From assembly GCA_963924565.1 (NCBI GenBank), contig OZ004614.1, positions 3,844,001 through 3,908,000 of the forward strand: a stretch of 64,000 bases of DNA. The letters are read 5' to 3'. Below, one piece after another: positions 1 to 13,900 of the stretch. The position numbers were made by a program, and so were the translations under genes. This stretch comes from Ascidiella aspersa (taxonomy: Eukaryota). The first letter of the stretch is position 1. Each line of letters opens with the position of its first letter. The notes beneath the pieces were generated by a model. The model did no database searches. It had not been told where the DNA came from and saw only the letters and a program-made list of their open reading frames with translations.

Positions 1-1129
1 TTATCCTGTGTGCAATGCAAACCGTCAACAATGGTCTTTTGCGCGTCAAAATCCCGGTAAATCATTACCCCAGGTTTGGGAGAAGATGTGCTGGGATGCA
101 TAACAACAGGTAACCCTCAAGAAAACAGCTTAATGTGTAGGTGTGTGAGTGGAAGGTTTTAAGGAAGTCTGTTCAGTACATGTAGGCTATAGTGCCACTC
201 CGAAAAAGCCACGGCTGTATTGTACAAACAAAACATCGTCAGAAAAGATAAAGGTATGTGGCTGTATTGTAAAGATTTTATAGTCACAGACTTGAGTTAA
301 GTGCATTAAAATGACTTGCGTTAGGTTTTTAGGCAAAATGACTTGACATTCGTCATTCCACAATTGAAGTGAACTTAGGCTAAGCTAATTTGGCATAGGA
401 CTTAGATTAATCCCTAGTATTTGAATGGGAAGCCATTTCGTAAAATGGAATATTTAATCGCAATTTTAGAAGTGAAAATTTCGCCTCTATTTTTTTGGTT
501 TTAGTTTTGCTATGCGAAATATTGCCCAAAAAATGCATTTCTTTTATTTTGGATGCCAATAACTTGCTGTAAAATTGACTTATTATTATGGCAAATCCCA
601 ACTAATGATTCGGACTAAGACTTTATAGGTTATTTATTAAAAAAAAATTGGCTTTCGCTCAAGCTACTTACCAAATAACTTGTTTACAACACTGATGTGT
701 AGGTGTGTTTTATGAATAGTGCCACTTCGACAAAGTAACGGCTATCTTGTGCAAACAAATGATCATCACGTGAATTCGTTGTAGTGGTACCGGGTACCTA
801 ACCCTAAAGTATACCAAGAGTTATTTGAGCGTTTTTTTTTTATTTGATAACAATTCTTCTTTGTTAGGAATTGCTTATAGACAACTAAAAATAAACTTTT
901 TAGCTACTATAATGATAGCAGAATTCTAAATTATTAACCTCTTTTTGTGGACCTTTTAGTAATTTCGTGTGAAATTTTTTCTATTTGTTTAAACACATTT
1001 TAAAAAGACGATAAACATCATCACATATCGACCTATCAGAGTTGCTATACCTACTACAGCAGTCAGAAACAAGTCCAACTACAAAGCGGTTTTAACAAAC
1101 GTGCAAGAGCAATGGGCCCTTTGTCATCA

Positions 1130-1180
1130 ACTTATCTTCCGGTTCCGCTAAGAGGTTTTCAAAATACGTGACGTCAAGTT
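1130..1180. promoter_or_regulatory. Candidate promoter of the CRACD-family gene
   Basis: ETS-like CTTCCGG (1136-1142) and CRE palindrome TGACGTCA (1169-1176), ~0.8 kb upstream of the ATG. Confidence 0.3.
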
Positions 1181-1952
1181 CTCCGCTCGAAGTAATTGCG
1201 TTGACATGGCAAAATCAAACAGATCGAAACTTGGTTAGAAAATTACAAAAGGATGAGGGTTCTTTATCCTGGAGTACTTTTGTGTCCTGTTTTAACTTTA
1301 GAAGTTTTATTAAAAGGCTATTTAAAAGTAAAAGGTTCGTGGAAATGCTTCAGAACGAATTTAATTAACTGAGCATTCTGGTAACAAACACATTACTTGT
1401 CAAATTGAACAATAAGCTTAAGCATTTAAAGGCTAGTAATATGTTTCTACTTTAAACCATAGGAAATTTAAACGTTGACGGAATGTCTTCTCCGCATTAT
1501 GCTATTTACAGTATTTGCAGTGAGATTTGGCCTTAATGTTACTGCTTTGTCTCGTGCAATCGAGTATGATATTGAAAACTGAAGATTGTAAACAAGAGTC
1601 TCAACAAAATGAGATACTTTGCCTTCATGGGAGACATATTTTGCCTATTTCATCTGAAGTAGCAAATTATAAATAACTCTCCTGCGAAACAAACCTTTGC
1701 TGAAAACATCAAAATTTTACATTGATGATGTTGAAACTGAATAAAGAGTTATTCGAAGCGTTCAAAATAAATGATACCTACTTCTGTATGGGCTTTGATA
1801 TTCTTATTACGTATTTTTACATTGTTTCGATACTTAGAAATCTTAGAATTACCGATCATTTGTTTACAGATTTAATTTTTTAACCGACGGTTTAAATATG
1901 AAATAGTGCTTTGTGGTAAAAACTTTTAATCTGACACGAGGACTAAGGCAAG

Positions 1953-4900
1953 ATGGAGTCGACTTCTGCGGAAATGTCAAGGTCAATGGAGGATGGCCTC
2001 AATCAACTGGAACCATCGGGTAAATATAACATTGTGACGTCACTATAAAAGCAAAATTTTCAGGGTGTCCTTACTTACTCTTAGTTACGGTAACGACATA
2101 GAATGGAACACGCACCATAGAACAGACTTGGACAGTTAGATATAATTCCAGCTTTTTTATTGACATAAATAGAGCAAAATGTAGCTAATTTTAGTCGCCA
2201 GTTTTGCTCGAGGTCGTAGATCCTGGATAGAAGCGTTACACACTTGATAACCTGTGGAATCGGTTCTAATGATTTACGATAGATAAATGATGTTTTCGAT
2301 CCTTGTTCCAAAAATCTTGTCGCACTCGCACTATATGCTACCTGTGTATATTTCAAACATTGACCACCGTGTTACCTGATTCCACTGAAACAAACTGCCA
2401 CAGCATTTTAAATGGCATACTGTAAGGTGGCTAACAGAAATTAGCTTTCTATTTTTTGAGTTGCTTGTTTGCTCTAGTTCTGTCATTACTCAGGTTTTAC
2501 CCAAATTGGTACTCTAACGGCACTTTTGTTATCTCAGTCAAAACAAAGGATTTGAATAAATAGACTGCTCGTTGGTCGGAATAACTTGTAGGTGATTTTC
2601 ATAGTGTGAAAAGCATGATATATAATATTAAGGAGTGTAAAAATTAGCACAGAAATTTTGCCATTCAAAATTTGTTGAGAATAAATTGCCATTTAAAATA
2701 AATTTAAGGCCAGTTAATTAAATGTAATTCTGGTTCAAATGATATAAGTTTTCAGGAATTCGGTATTTTCAATTTTAGTCTAATTTGAACAAAGTGAAAT
2801 AAATCTCTTTGTCCATGTCTGAAATTTTGTGAAGATTCTTACAGCATCTATACAATGTTAATTACAACGATGAATGATCGTATCGCTTTACAGCAGGGAT
2901 TCGAAACATGTTTTCACCGTCCCCCCCACCCCCTTTTAAAATTCGGAGAAATCAATGGCCCCCCAATTTTTTTCAACTGTTTAAAAAAAACTAAGGAAAC
3001 GTCATGTTAGTTGAAAAACAGTTTTATACAATTACCGGTAGTTAGAGTGGAGTCGACTTAGAAACGACAGATTAAAAAAATATATTTTTTCAAATGGGCA
3101 CCTAGGTTGGGAACACTTGCATTACAATAATAACTTTATTTAATTCAGGCGATCGAAAAAAGTTCAAACCCTTCAAGGCGCTTCGAAGAATGTTCAAGGA
3201 AGGAAGAAACAAGAAGCACGTGACCAAATCACGTGGTAACTTGGCCGGCGCTATGTCGGATGAGGAGGCGGATGACAAGGCAGTGTACAGGTCAGTGGAC
3301 AATATGGAATTAGAAAATCGGATTCTTAATCGGTTTTCAAGCCTCATCCACTGAGAATTTCCAGTATATTCCAGCATTTTGATGATAAAATAAATGTTAT
3401 TTTTATTTCTTGTACATTGGGACCCATGCCTGTTCCAACATTACCAGTTGTTGATTTTCAAGCCATATCGTGAGATCCAAAAATAACAAAAAGGTTGAAA
3501 AAACCAAATTCATTAAAATCAGAATACGTTTTTGCCAAAAGCGATATCATCGGCGCTCCTTTTAAACTGCAAATACTGTACGATATTCACTGTCAGTATC
3601 CTTAAAAACCCAATGCGCTAAAGGCCCTTCATATAGCTTATATTGCGACGGTAACATTTTGTGCGCCAGAAGGTAAAAATATTTGGCGTAAATCTCAGAG
3701 GAGTTTTAATTTAGTTCGTTAGGCCTCAAGTTATTTGGGAAGTCAATCAACGAAAGATTCAGGACTTCCATCATGACTTGGACCGAAAAATGATCTTCCA
3801 AAATAAAAATGATGTAAAATTTGCTATGCTTTTCAAAATACAAATTAGTGCACGATTTTTAAAAGAGCAAATTGAAAAACTTGTTAGACCGACATTTTTG
3901 GGGAAGTATGTAATTTAACGATACAATACTTTAATCTTCCAAACTAAATATGTTCAAAAAACAGCATTCCTTTTTGACGTCACACATTCATTGAAACGAT
4001 CTCTCTGGTTCTAATTTTTCCTCGTGTCAGAAGTAAGAGAAATAAATTTGGCAAGCGAAAATATAAAAATATGTATGAAACTTGTCAATCAGAAAATAGA
4101 GGCAGCTATAAAATGTGACTTGCCAGTTGTGAAAAACAAAATCGGCCCGAAAACAGAACAATATAGAAGCGAGAAAATATTATCAAAACTAAACCAGCTT
4201 TACTTTCGCGTCAAAGATTTAAGAGAGGGATGCTGAACAGAAGGATCAGCCTACTGTAATAAAATGAAACATATTATTCGCATAGAGGGGCGCGAGTTAC
4301 GATAAATTGTGCCAAGGGGGGCGCGGCCCATAAAGTTTAAGAACCCAAGCCCTTGTCAATAACCTTTGAAAATTAACGCTCGATATTGTCCCTTCTTTCA
4401 CATAATTGCGACGGAAACAATTTTAAACCAGCTTCACTTTGGGCGTCACAGATTCAAGGGAGGGATGCTGAACAGAAGGATCAGCCTTTCCCATGACAGC
4501 ATCTTCACTCCCGAGCTTCCCAAGATCAACCCGGAGCTTCTCAGGAGCCGGCTGGAGGAAGATAACAAAGATCCGACGTCGGAAGACAAAACCTCTTTAC
4601 ATGAGGAAGACGAAAAAATGGAGGTCGTTGAACCCGAGGTTACTTACAGTGTTGTAATGACTTATGTAAATGACTTGAATTAAGTACACGAAAGTCAACA
4701 TTTTCAAATGGTGGCTAAATGACTTTAGTTGAAAATAAAGTTTTGTCATTAAGCATTTTTTCAAATTGGGTAATTTATCAAGTTTTTGACTATAACACAA
4801 TTTGATTCGCTGTATCTTGGTGGGTTAGGGAATATCGCTGAGAACTAAACACAAACAATAAGTTCATTAATGTCGTATAATGCGTGTTGGGAGATTGATG

Positions 4901-7900
4901 TTGCTCACTCACGCACCGCTTTGTACAAGAGTTGTCACGCTTTAGCAGTGCTTTCTTTACCATGTTAAAAAGAAACAATCCGAACCATTAAAAATATGCA
5001 ACCTAATTCTGCACATGCTCTGATGTTCATTTAAAAAATAAGTTCTTTAAGAAATTGCCAAGCCAAATAGGTCGAGTAGATCGACATCATCTTGATTAAG
5101 ACGTTTCGCTACGAGCTTGTATCATCTTCAGTTAATGTGAAGGTGCTAAATAAAGACCTAACTATAGAAAACCTCGACTAATAACAATTGCGTCCCAAAT
5201 TTGGTAAGTGATGCTTGGATTTCTTTTCAGTCACATTAACTGAAGATGATACAAGCTCGTATTGAAAATGGTGTAAATTTACTCGACCTTTTTGGCTTTG
5301 CAATTTATTATTAAGCTACATTACAGATCCGTACAGTGTGCCCAAGTTCTTTAATGCCACATGATTCGTGCTGGGAGACTATTGTTTTTTCACTTGTACA
5401 CAACGTTTTCAGCACAGAGTTATCACACTTTAGCAGTGATTTTTTACCAATTAAAAAATTGATATGGTAAAATTTGCAACCTGCCACCTACTTCTGTATA
5501 TAGGCTATGGTATTCATAGGTTTATTGCGGTTACATGAACCGTATTAGGATATTGATGTTGCTGACTTACACAACACGTTGTCACAAGAGTTATTAGGCT
5601 TTAACAGTGATTTTTTACCAAGTTAAAAATGAATAAAGTGTAATTCGTCACCTCCCACTTATACTTGCATATAGGTTATGATATTCATAATGTCATGGCT
5701 GTCGCATGAACCGTGCTGGCAGATTGATGCTGCTCACTGACGCAAGTTGTCAGCACAAAAGTTGTCACGTTGACACTTTGAACGCAGGTTGAACCCGCTC
5801 AGGCCGAGACCGAAGACTCCCAAGCCATAACGTCACTTCCGCCCGCCCAGGACCATCAAGGCGTGACGCAGGATGACGTGGGAGGCGTGACGTCAGTACC
5901 GCCCAAACCCAAGGTAGGAACTGGAAAAGTTAACACGTTTTGGAGCGATTTTTACTTTGTGTACGTGACCAGGTTTTTTTAAAGAAAGGAGACCGCTATA
6001 TACAAGTATGAAAAAGATTACGTAGCTGCTGAAACGATATATATGCATATATATAGGCCAGTGTTTCCTAACCTTTTTAGTGCTTGTACCCTCTGAGCTT
6101 TCATGAAATTTTGTTGTACCCCAATGTCCGACGGAATTAAACAAAATTGTAAGCATAGGAATTTAACTTGGTGTATTTACAAGTTACGTGTTAAATATAT
6201 GAATTAAATACAGTGTTGTAAGGTCAACAATATTTACAACACACAAACAATCAGTCATTTTACTAAAGGCTTTTTGTTGTTGATTTTTGACGAAAATCTT
6301 CAAAAATATAAATCTTCAAAACTATGCCTAAATAGCGCATAATTTCACACAGCATGTCGTACCCCTGCTAGGGGTATACGCACCCCTGGTTAACAATATA
6401 GGGTATTGTTCTGGGGACTTTGGGTAATTTGATTTATTTTTTTGGAGCCTGGTGGTGGCATTTGAAAGACCGTTCCTCAAAAGATCTTGAAAACACTGCT
6501 TGTAGGTATCTGTTTTAGCTTTACAAACTTTATCACCTGATAAGAGCGATATAACTATTTCATCCAAGAATGAAAAAAAAATAACCATAGTTGCTAAAAC
6601 TGCTGTATATAGTTACATAAGTAAGCTATGTTTTGAAAGATCCCTCAAAACGCTAAACATATTATACGTGACTTAATTTTACATGAATTAGTGTTTTTGG
6701 AACAGTGAAAATGGCTAAAAAACCCGTGTATTGTGTTCCAATGTTTTTGATGAATTTAGTTTTTTTACAAGATATTTTGCACGTTTTCTAAATGGAACCA
6801 CCCTAAAACCAATACAAGGTTTTAAAGGTTATTGCCCGACACAAATGTAGTTTTAGGCGTATTCATTTAAAAATAAAACTGCACATAGACAGCGAAAATG
6901 CCTTTCCGCGTCTAGTCAAGCTGGCCTTGTAGTATCCTAATACAATTCAAAAGCAATTGATTGAACAGACATTATTTGAAAAAGTATGAGATTTTTATCT
7001 CGTATTTTCCTCGAAATAAATATTTCATAAAATTACTGACATCGCTAAGGTTTCGACATATTTCAACATTAACTGACAGGACTATCCTAAACCAAAGTTG
7101 TCATTTATATGTGGGGTTGGTAATTAATAATTAATTTTGGTAGGGTATCGCAGCCAACAATCGCTTCAGCAAAGTCACATTCCTTAAAACCTGCTTTCGA
7201 TTGATTTTTAAATTTAATTTCTGTGACATTTTAAATGTTTTTAGTAATATAATAATATTGAACTAAATGTTACAAGCTAAATAAAATCTGAAACGACTAA
7301 TACGACAAATTAAGTTTGTTTGCATGCTTAAGTTTAAATTGCCGCACGGTTTTTGGAGGAGCATATTTAAAAACTAAATAGTCAAACATTATGTTCTTTG
7401 GGGCAAATTTAAATGCCCCATCGATGCTTAACTACAAGAAAGGGTATTTTAAAACACATACCTATAACTCCTTAACCATTAGGGCAGACTGATCACACAT
7501 CATTTGTAAACTTTGTAAAAATAACACGACGTAAAGACCAGTTTAAATTAAACCCAGATGAACCGCGAATACACAATCGGAGCGAAATGGATTTCATGCC
7601 ATTAGCACTCTACCCAATGAGTTGCAACGAGCTTTAACGAAAAATCAATCGGATTCGGCAGGATTAAACTCTAACGCAGCCTTAAGGCCGCTAATAAAAC
7701 GCTCAATCGCCCAGCCTTAATCGAGCACTCTACTGCTTCAGTATACAAACGCTATAATCACAGCATTCTTCCAAGGTCGTTTACCAGTGCGTATCTGATT
7801 TCTTGTGTAGACTGGTAAACGCTAAAAACCGAATGCTGTCAAATTAGATTTTCAACATTAGTTTTTTATATATCAAAAGAGGGTGAATGAATAGATAGCC

Positions 7901-10900
7901 CTGGCAGCTAAATAGTTGGAGGATGTAATGTAGTATTACATAGTAAGAATATGAAAGCCTATACGGAAGTAGGTAGCTTTTGTGAACGTTTCAATAAATC
8001 GTAAGATAATGGCTGGGGGTTGTAGTTAGAGAGTTGGATAGGTTCAGCTATTTAGAACCTTCCACAGAAGACTGTCGCGCATATTTCAAGGAATTGTATT
8101 AATTTGCAAAAAGAGCCTGAGAAACTTGAAATACGTTACAAACTTACAACAGAAAAAAAAAACGAAATATTTATACAATGTTGTATGCTTTCTGTATCAG
8201 CTACCATATTGGTTTCATGTCACGTCACAGAAAGTTGTTTTATACGTTGGAAACGTAACTAAGGGACGTATTTAGTTAAGGCATGACAGAATTGGACAAA
8301 TCACCAACTCAACAAAAAGCAAATTCCATTTTAGGAAAATTCCGCTGAAAATACATCATCAAAGCGCCTGTAGATTCTATATCATTTTACTATTAAATAT
8401 TGGAAAACTCTATGCGACCTTGAATAGGTTTTCAATTTCTAGTTGGAACATAATTTAACATTTAATCAGTGCAAATTAAGACATACCTATTGATGGGCCG
8501 TGTTTTCGAATGCGATCTGTTATATTTTACTTTTTAATGCGGGTTTGTGGTGATGCGTCAATCAAACGTGAAGTAGTGGGAAAAGTAGCACAAATATACA
8601 AGTTTTGAGTTTGCATCATAGTTTTAAATCATTATGCTAGTAAAAACATCATTTACGGCTGACTACTTTTAGGAAATTTTGGTAAAAACGTTAAGTGTTC
8701 AATTCAGCTGTAACGTTGGACCTGCTTACGCGTCTAAGGTCACAGGTCAGAACAATTTTGCAGGTAATCTATGTAAATATCTGAGCCCACAAAACGTCCT
8801 TCGTATTATTTTTGTATTTCAATCCGGGTTTATCGCCATACGTTACTGGAATGTGTAGAGGTTACCAAAGTAGCACACATAAACAAGTTTTGACTTCGCA
8901 TCATAGTTTGGCACATTTCCAGTATGTTAGTATACGGTTACCTGTGGCATTCAGTAATGTTTTGCAAAGTTTTTTAATATTGGAAAGTAAGTGTTAAATT
9001 CAGATGTAAAGTTATACCTGTTAATGACTCTTCATATGGGTAAAATGTTTCCGCAGTTAATCTATGCAAATATCTGAGTCGGCAAAACACCATTCAACTA
9101 GGCTGACCGGAAATGCGTTGTTGGCGCCATGTTAAGGTTAGTCACCTGCAAGACAAAAGAGAAGTGCTTCTGTGTTTCGAACAGCAGCTTTGGCGCCGGG
9201 ATTCAATCATGATTAGGCTTGGATTTGTGGATAAGTACGGACCGTAGGCTGGAAATCGATTTCGTGAGGTTTTCCGTCGTGGTCGTGAAATCCCAAGGGC
9301 GTAGGTTCGAAACTGGCGGCAGCACTTTTTGTAAAGCTTGAGCATGCAGAATTTATTAATTCATAATGAGAAATTGGGTAGAATAGTGTCGGGATGTTTT
9401 GTTACATAGGCAAGACATCCACATATATGTGCAGTAGAAACGTTTGAGGTGTTATTTTTGCGTTCAACCGACTCAAGCTCTTGAAGGAGATTGTTTGTTT
9501 CGTTGCTTTAAATTAAATTAATGCGATCTTTAGAGTTGAACAATCCATTTGGCCATGTTACCCGATAGAAGGTAGTAGTGGCTAAATTCAAAGTGTGTGA
9601 AAAGCCATAATGTAAATCAGTGCTCTGTAACCGGGACCGTGTACCCAAGTTATATTAGATCAAAGCTAAGGTATGCGACTGACAAAAGGTATACGAATGG
9701 TATACAAGTATAATGCATGTCACAAGTGAGACAGATTTATTTTAAGTCATCCTGCAATTTTATAAATGCCACGCAAAAGTCTGGTATCCTCTTCTAACTG
9801 AAATTTGTCTGTATTTTCGAGCCAAGATATGAGAGTAATGCCATAACTTTACCTAACAATTAATTAGTATTCGTTTTCACGGTCCCGGTATGGCCGAGGT
9901 CATATGTTCGAACCTCTTTTTTACATGCTAGTAATTTTCTAGCTTGCATTATTGATTGACAGATTCGGTGAGTGGCTTCCGGTGTACTAATGATAAGTAA
10001 GCCGCAATCGTTGGTCAAATGCAGCTTACTGTTATTGAACACGTATGAGTGTGCATATTTTATTGAATTATTTTTGCGTGGGTAGAAAGTTATTAATGAG
10101 TTGTTTAAAATAAATTGAGGAGCACTGACCTAAAGTTCGAGAAAGCCACAAATAAAAAGAGAGCCGGCCCGTTTAGAGTGGCCGTATAAACTGGCCGCGT
10201 TTAACGGCCGTTCACTGTTTGCAGCAAAGTACTTTAAGAGCATAAATTCCACGGTTTCAGATTTCATCGCACCGAACCACGTGCGTCCCCCGGCAGCTTT
10301 CAAGGTCACCTTGACCCATCGCCAAGGCCATTTCTTTGCTTGTCGCAGCGCGGTGACGAAACAATTGAAACGCGCGCGTGCCTTCGGGCAAGCGATTGAC
10401 GTTACGAAGTTAGTGCGGAAGTTTAATGGGTCGTCCTGTGCAAAGCGAGTGGCGAAAGTCGGGTAAATGCTGAAACTTGCAAGCCGTGTACTTTTGAAGG
10501 TGAATTTGCGCCATGTTGCAATCCACCACAGGACGATATTACGCCGTTTTAAAGATGGCCAATTTAATTGGGTTAAGTTATTTTCTATTTGTCATGTCGG
10601 GGAGTTTACAAACTTTAGCCAGCATTACGAAAGTTAGCCAGGCTGCCCAATGATTAAAAGCTATCCTGTAACCTGGCCCGAAATTGAAATAGCCAACTGC
10701 GATACAGTTAACTATGAATTTCGGAAGTTGTCTTCTTTTACTATTCGATGGTTTAAAAAGTCAGCATTACAAAAGTTAGCCAGGCTCCCTTGGATGTCGT
10801 TGTGTTAACTCGTTCGGGTTCAGGAAAAGTCAACATTGAAAACGTATTTTTAAAGTGATCTGGTTTAACATACGATGGTATATTTTAGGTTAGAAGCAAC

Positions 10901-13900
10901 AACAAAACCTAATTTATTAGATTTTAAAACCCCGAATATTATGAAATGTTAATTTTTGTAATCCTGATAATATCTGATCATTGTCAAACACTAGTTAAAA
11001 AATATAAATTTTTATTTCAAATTACTAAAATGTTACAAATAGTTTAACAAATTACAATCAAAACCCAAAATTACTAAGTGGCCATGTAGACTGGTATGCA
11101 AGATAACATTGAGTTGAGTTGGTATTAAAGCCACAGCAGACCGACAAACGCCACTGTAGTGTTGGTGCTAAGCTGAGCTGCTCGTTGCGGAAAGTTTACA
11201 ACGAAGCCCCCTTTGAACAGTTGCGTGTGCTTTTCGAAGTATAACGCGTCGTGCCTATAGAGACGGGTGATGATATAAAACTATAGGACGGAGAATTGGT
11301 CCAATATAGTTGTGATTTAGCAGTATAATTTGGAGCCGCTATAAAATAGAATGAGTGGCCAATATGCAAACAATATGGTAAATATTTAGACTGTGTAGTA
11401 AAAAGAGGTATAAATGCATAAATTATTTTCTTAAAATTAACATAATGCCTGTTCTTATACGGCGAAATATATATTTGTAATAATTTAAAAAAATTATTTA
11501 ATGTTTTATTATACCGTGTTTGCAAAACAGCCTGAATATCCACTGATCTTTCGTTTCCATTTTGATTGTCTGCGGGAGATTCTTAATATTTGAGCTAATA
11601 ACAATGCAGTTAGGCTTATTCAAAAGTTGGCTATCTTATTTGCAATACTATAAAACGGGGTATTTTAATAGCATGCTGTCAACATTTTGATTTTCAGAAA
11701 CCTGGTGAAAAACACGACAAACTACCATTTTGGTCGAATAAAAAACTTGACAGAATCCTGCCAAGGCCCTTTTTTGTTCAGTGGTTTTAAACGGGTTTTA
11801 CTAAGGGCTCGCGTTGAGACGACAATTGACTTGTTTGTGTGTGCGCCTGCAAGCCAAAACAAGCGTCTTTAGAAGCACTTCGTCGTCGTATCGGTGAATT
11901 TAAGTGGATTTTAATCGTAGTTTGGCTAACTGTACTACTTGAAAACGCAGTTTAAGGCAAGGTTATGCGCAGAAAAGCCTAAATTTGCATTTATTTAATA
12001 ATTGTGGTATCACCCTGAAAAACTATTTTATTTGGTATAGGAGTAAGGCAAAACAGGAAAAAACAGGCTCAAATGAAATATAAAAATTCATACAGAATGC
12101 AGCTCTTTTATAACAAGATGTTAAATAAAGATTGGTTTGAAGTAGTTACAAAATCTTCCGTATGGCTTTCAATGTTCCTACTACTTTTAAAAACAACCTT
12201 TAAAGTAGCCAAACGTTATTTTGGTTAACAGAACCAGGATATTTCTGATAAAGTTAAACATACAAAATTTGAAAGCATTTCGAAAAACTGTAAGTTTGTT
12301 TTCAAGGCAATAGCCTAACCTAGCTTTAAAGATCGTAGTACGGGCGTTGTCGTTTAGTAATCATTTTAAGAGCGTGGGATTTGATGAAGGTGCAGCATCA
12401 AAGCGATAGTTTTCATGTTAGGAGGGCGTTGTATACACAGAGGTGCCACCATTAGGCTAATTGGGCATTCTATGGACCAAATTGGAAGGCGCACAAATTC
12501 AACATTTGTGGTAAAGGCCGGTAAATTGTGCTCATAGAATTTAAACCTAATGTTGAATGGACGGAAGCAGCAATAGAGTGGTAGTAAAAATATCAAAGTG
12601 TCAACGTTTAGAAAAGGTTAACATAATGGCTGGAGGTTGTAGTTAGACGAAGTAAGAATATGAAACCCATACAGAGGTAGGCATCATCCTTTAAAGGTTT
12701 CCAATAACTCTTTATAGGAAGAAGTGTTATAGAACCCCTGGCCTATGCATTCCAGGTCTAGCTCACATTGTGTGAAACTGCTGTATAATTAAAACCGCAA
12801 GAGAATGCACAACCGCTGATAACTAAACGGGGGTTTCTCTTCGGTATTAAACAATAGCGTGTTCTTGTTCTAAAGATATCGCATTGTCAGCCGGTTAGTG
12901 ATGCCTCCTTTACTGCTTATCAGCACAATATTGGCCCAAATTACTGGCCGTTTGAAAAAGCACCTATATCCACTTTTTGTACCACCTGTGTTGCGATACT
13001 TTGTAGACAGTAAAAAACAAAAAAATAGAGCCTAAAAATAGAAATCGCACTATGCTTAAAGTGACCGAGAAAAACGAACGTGAGCTTCAAAAAGCACAAA
13101 AATATGACTGAAAACTGGTGGCTGGAACTCTTTTATAGGCCGTGTGAGCTGGCCCGTCGATAACCCGGTGCGTTGTTGCACGAGAGGTGGGCACTTCCTC
13201 GTTTCGCCTGAACCTCATTGCGCCTAATTAAATCGCTAAGCACATCTACAGCAGTGAGAAACTTAGACGCTGGTCACATTATTGTATGCAAGATGCCCTT
13301 TACCTATATACGCAATTGCACGGACGCTAAAAGTGCAATTAGTGCAGCGCAAGCACGCACGGGTTTACAAAAGGGCAGAGCATAATTAGACCGCGCACTC
13401 TGATCTGACGTATACAGGTTCTACTGGCGAAGGTGTTTATATTTGTCGCACCCACAAATCTGTAAAGACTGCACGGAAGCGTTTTACAATCCTGCCAGAT
13501 TAATAACCTGCGAAGATCAGACTGTTTGTTATAATAAAGCCTAAAAAACTGGTCGCATCCACGTATGGTTTTGATACGTGTTAAAAACGTGCGCTTTTCA
13601 GTTTAATTTCACAACATCAGGTATATAGATATATGTTGTAGCGGTGTAAACTGTTTGACACTAGATTTTGACGCACTCCGAGCTATACAGGTTCTATTGG
13701 CAAAGGTGTTTATTTTGTCGCACCCCAAAGCTGTAAAGATTGCACGGAAGCGTTTTACAGTCCTGTCAAAATCGTAACCTGCATAAACCAGAATGTTCGT
13801 TATGTAACCAAAGAACTGCCCCACTCCCAAGGTACCAGCAGTTTATCTAAGTCGTAGTTGATGGGGCTTGTTGTAGCCAGTCTTTCTGAAAAGAAAATTT

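Noticed and set aside
1-90. Possible minus-strand exon (TSSPKPGVMIYRDFDAQKTIVDG...) of a gene leaving the window
   Set aside because: Too short, truncated by the window edge, and not recognisable.
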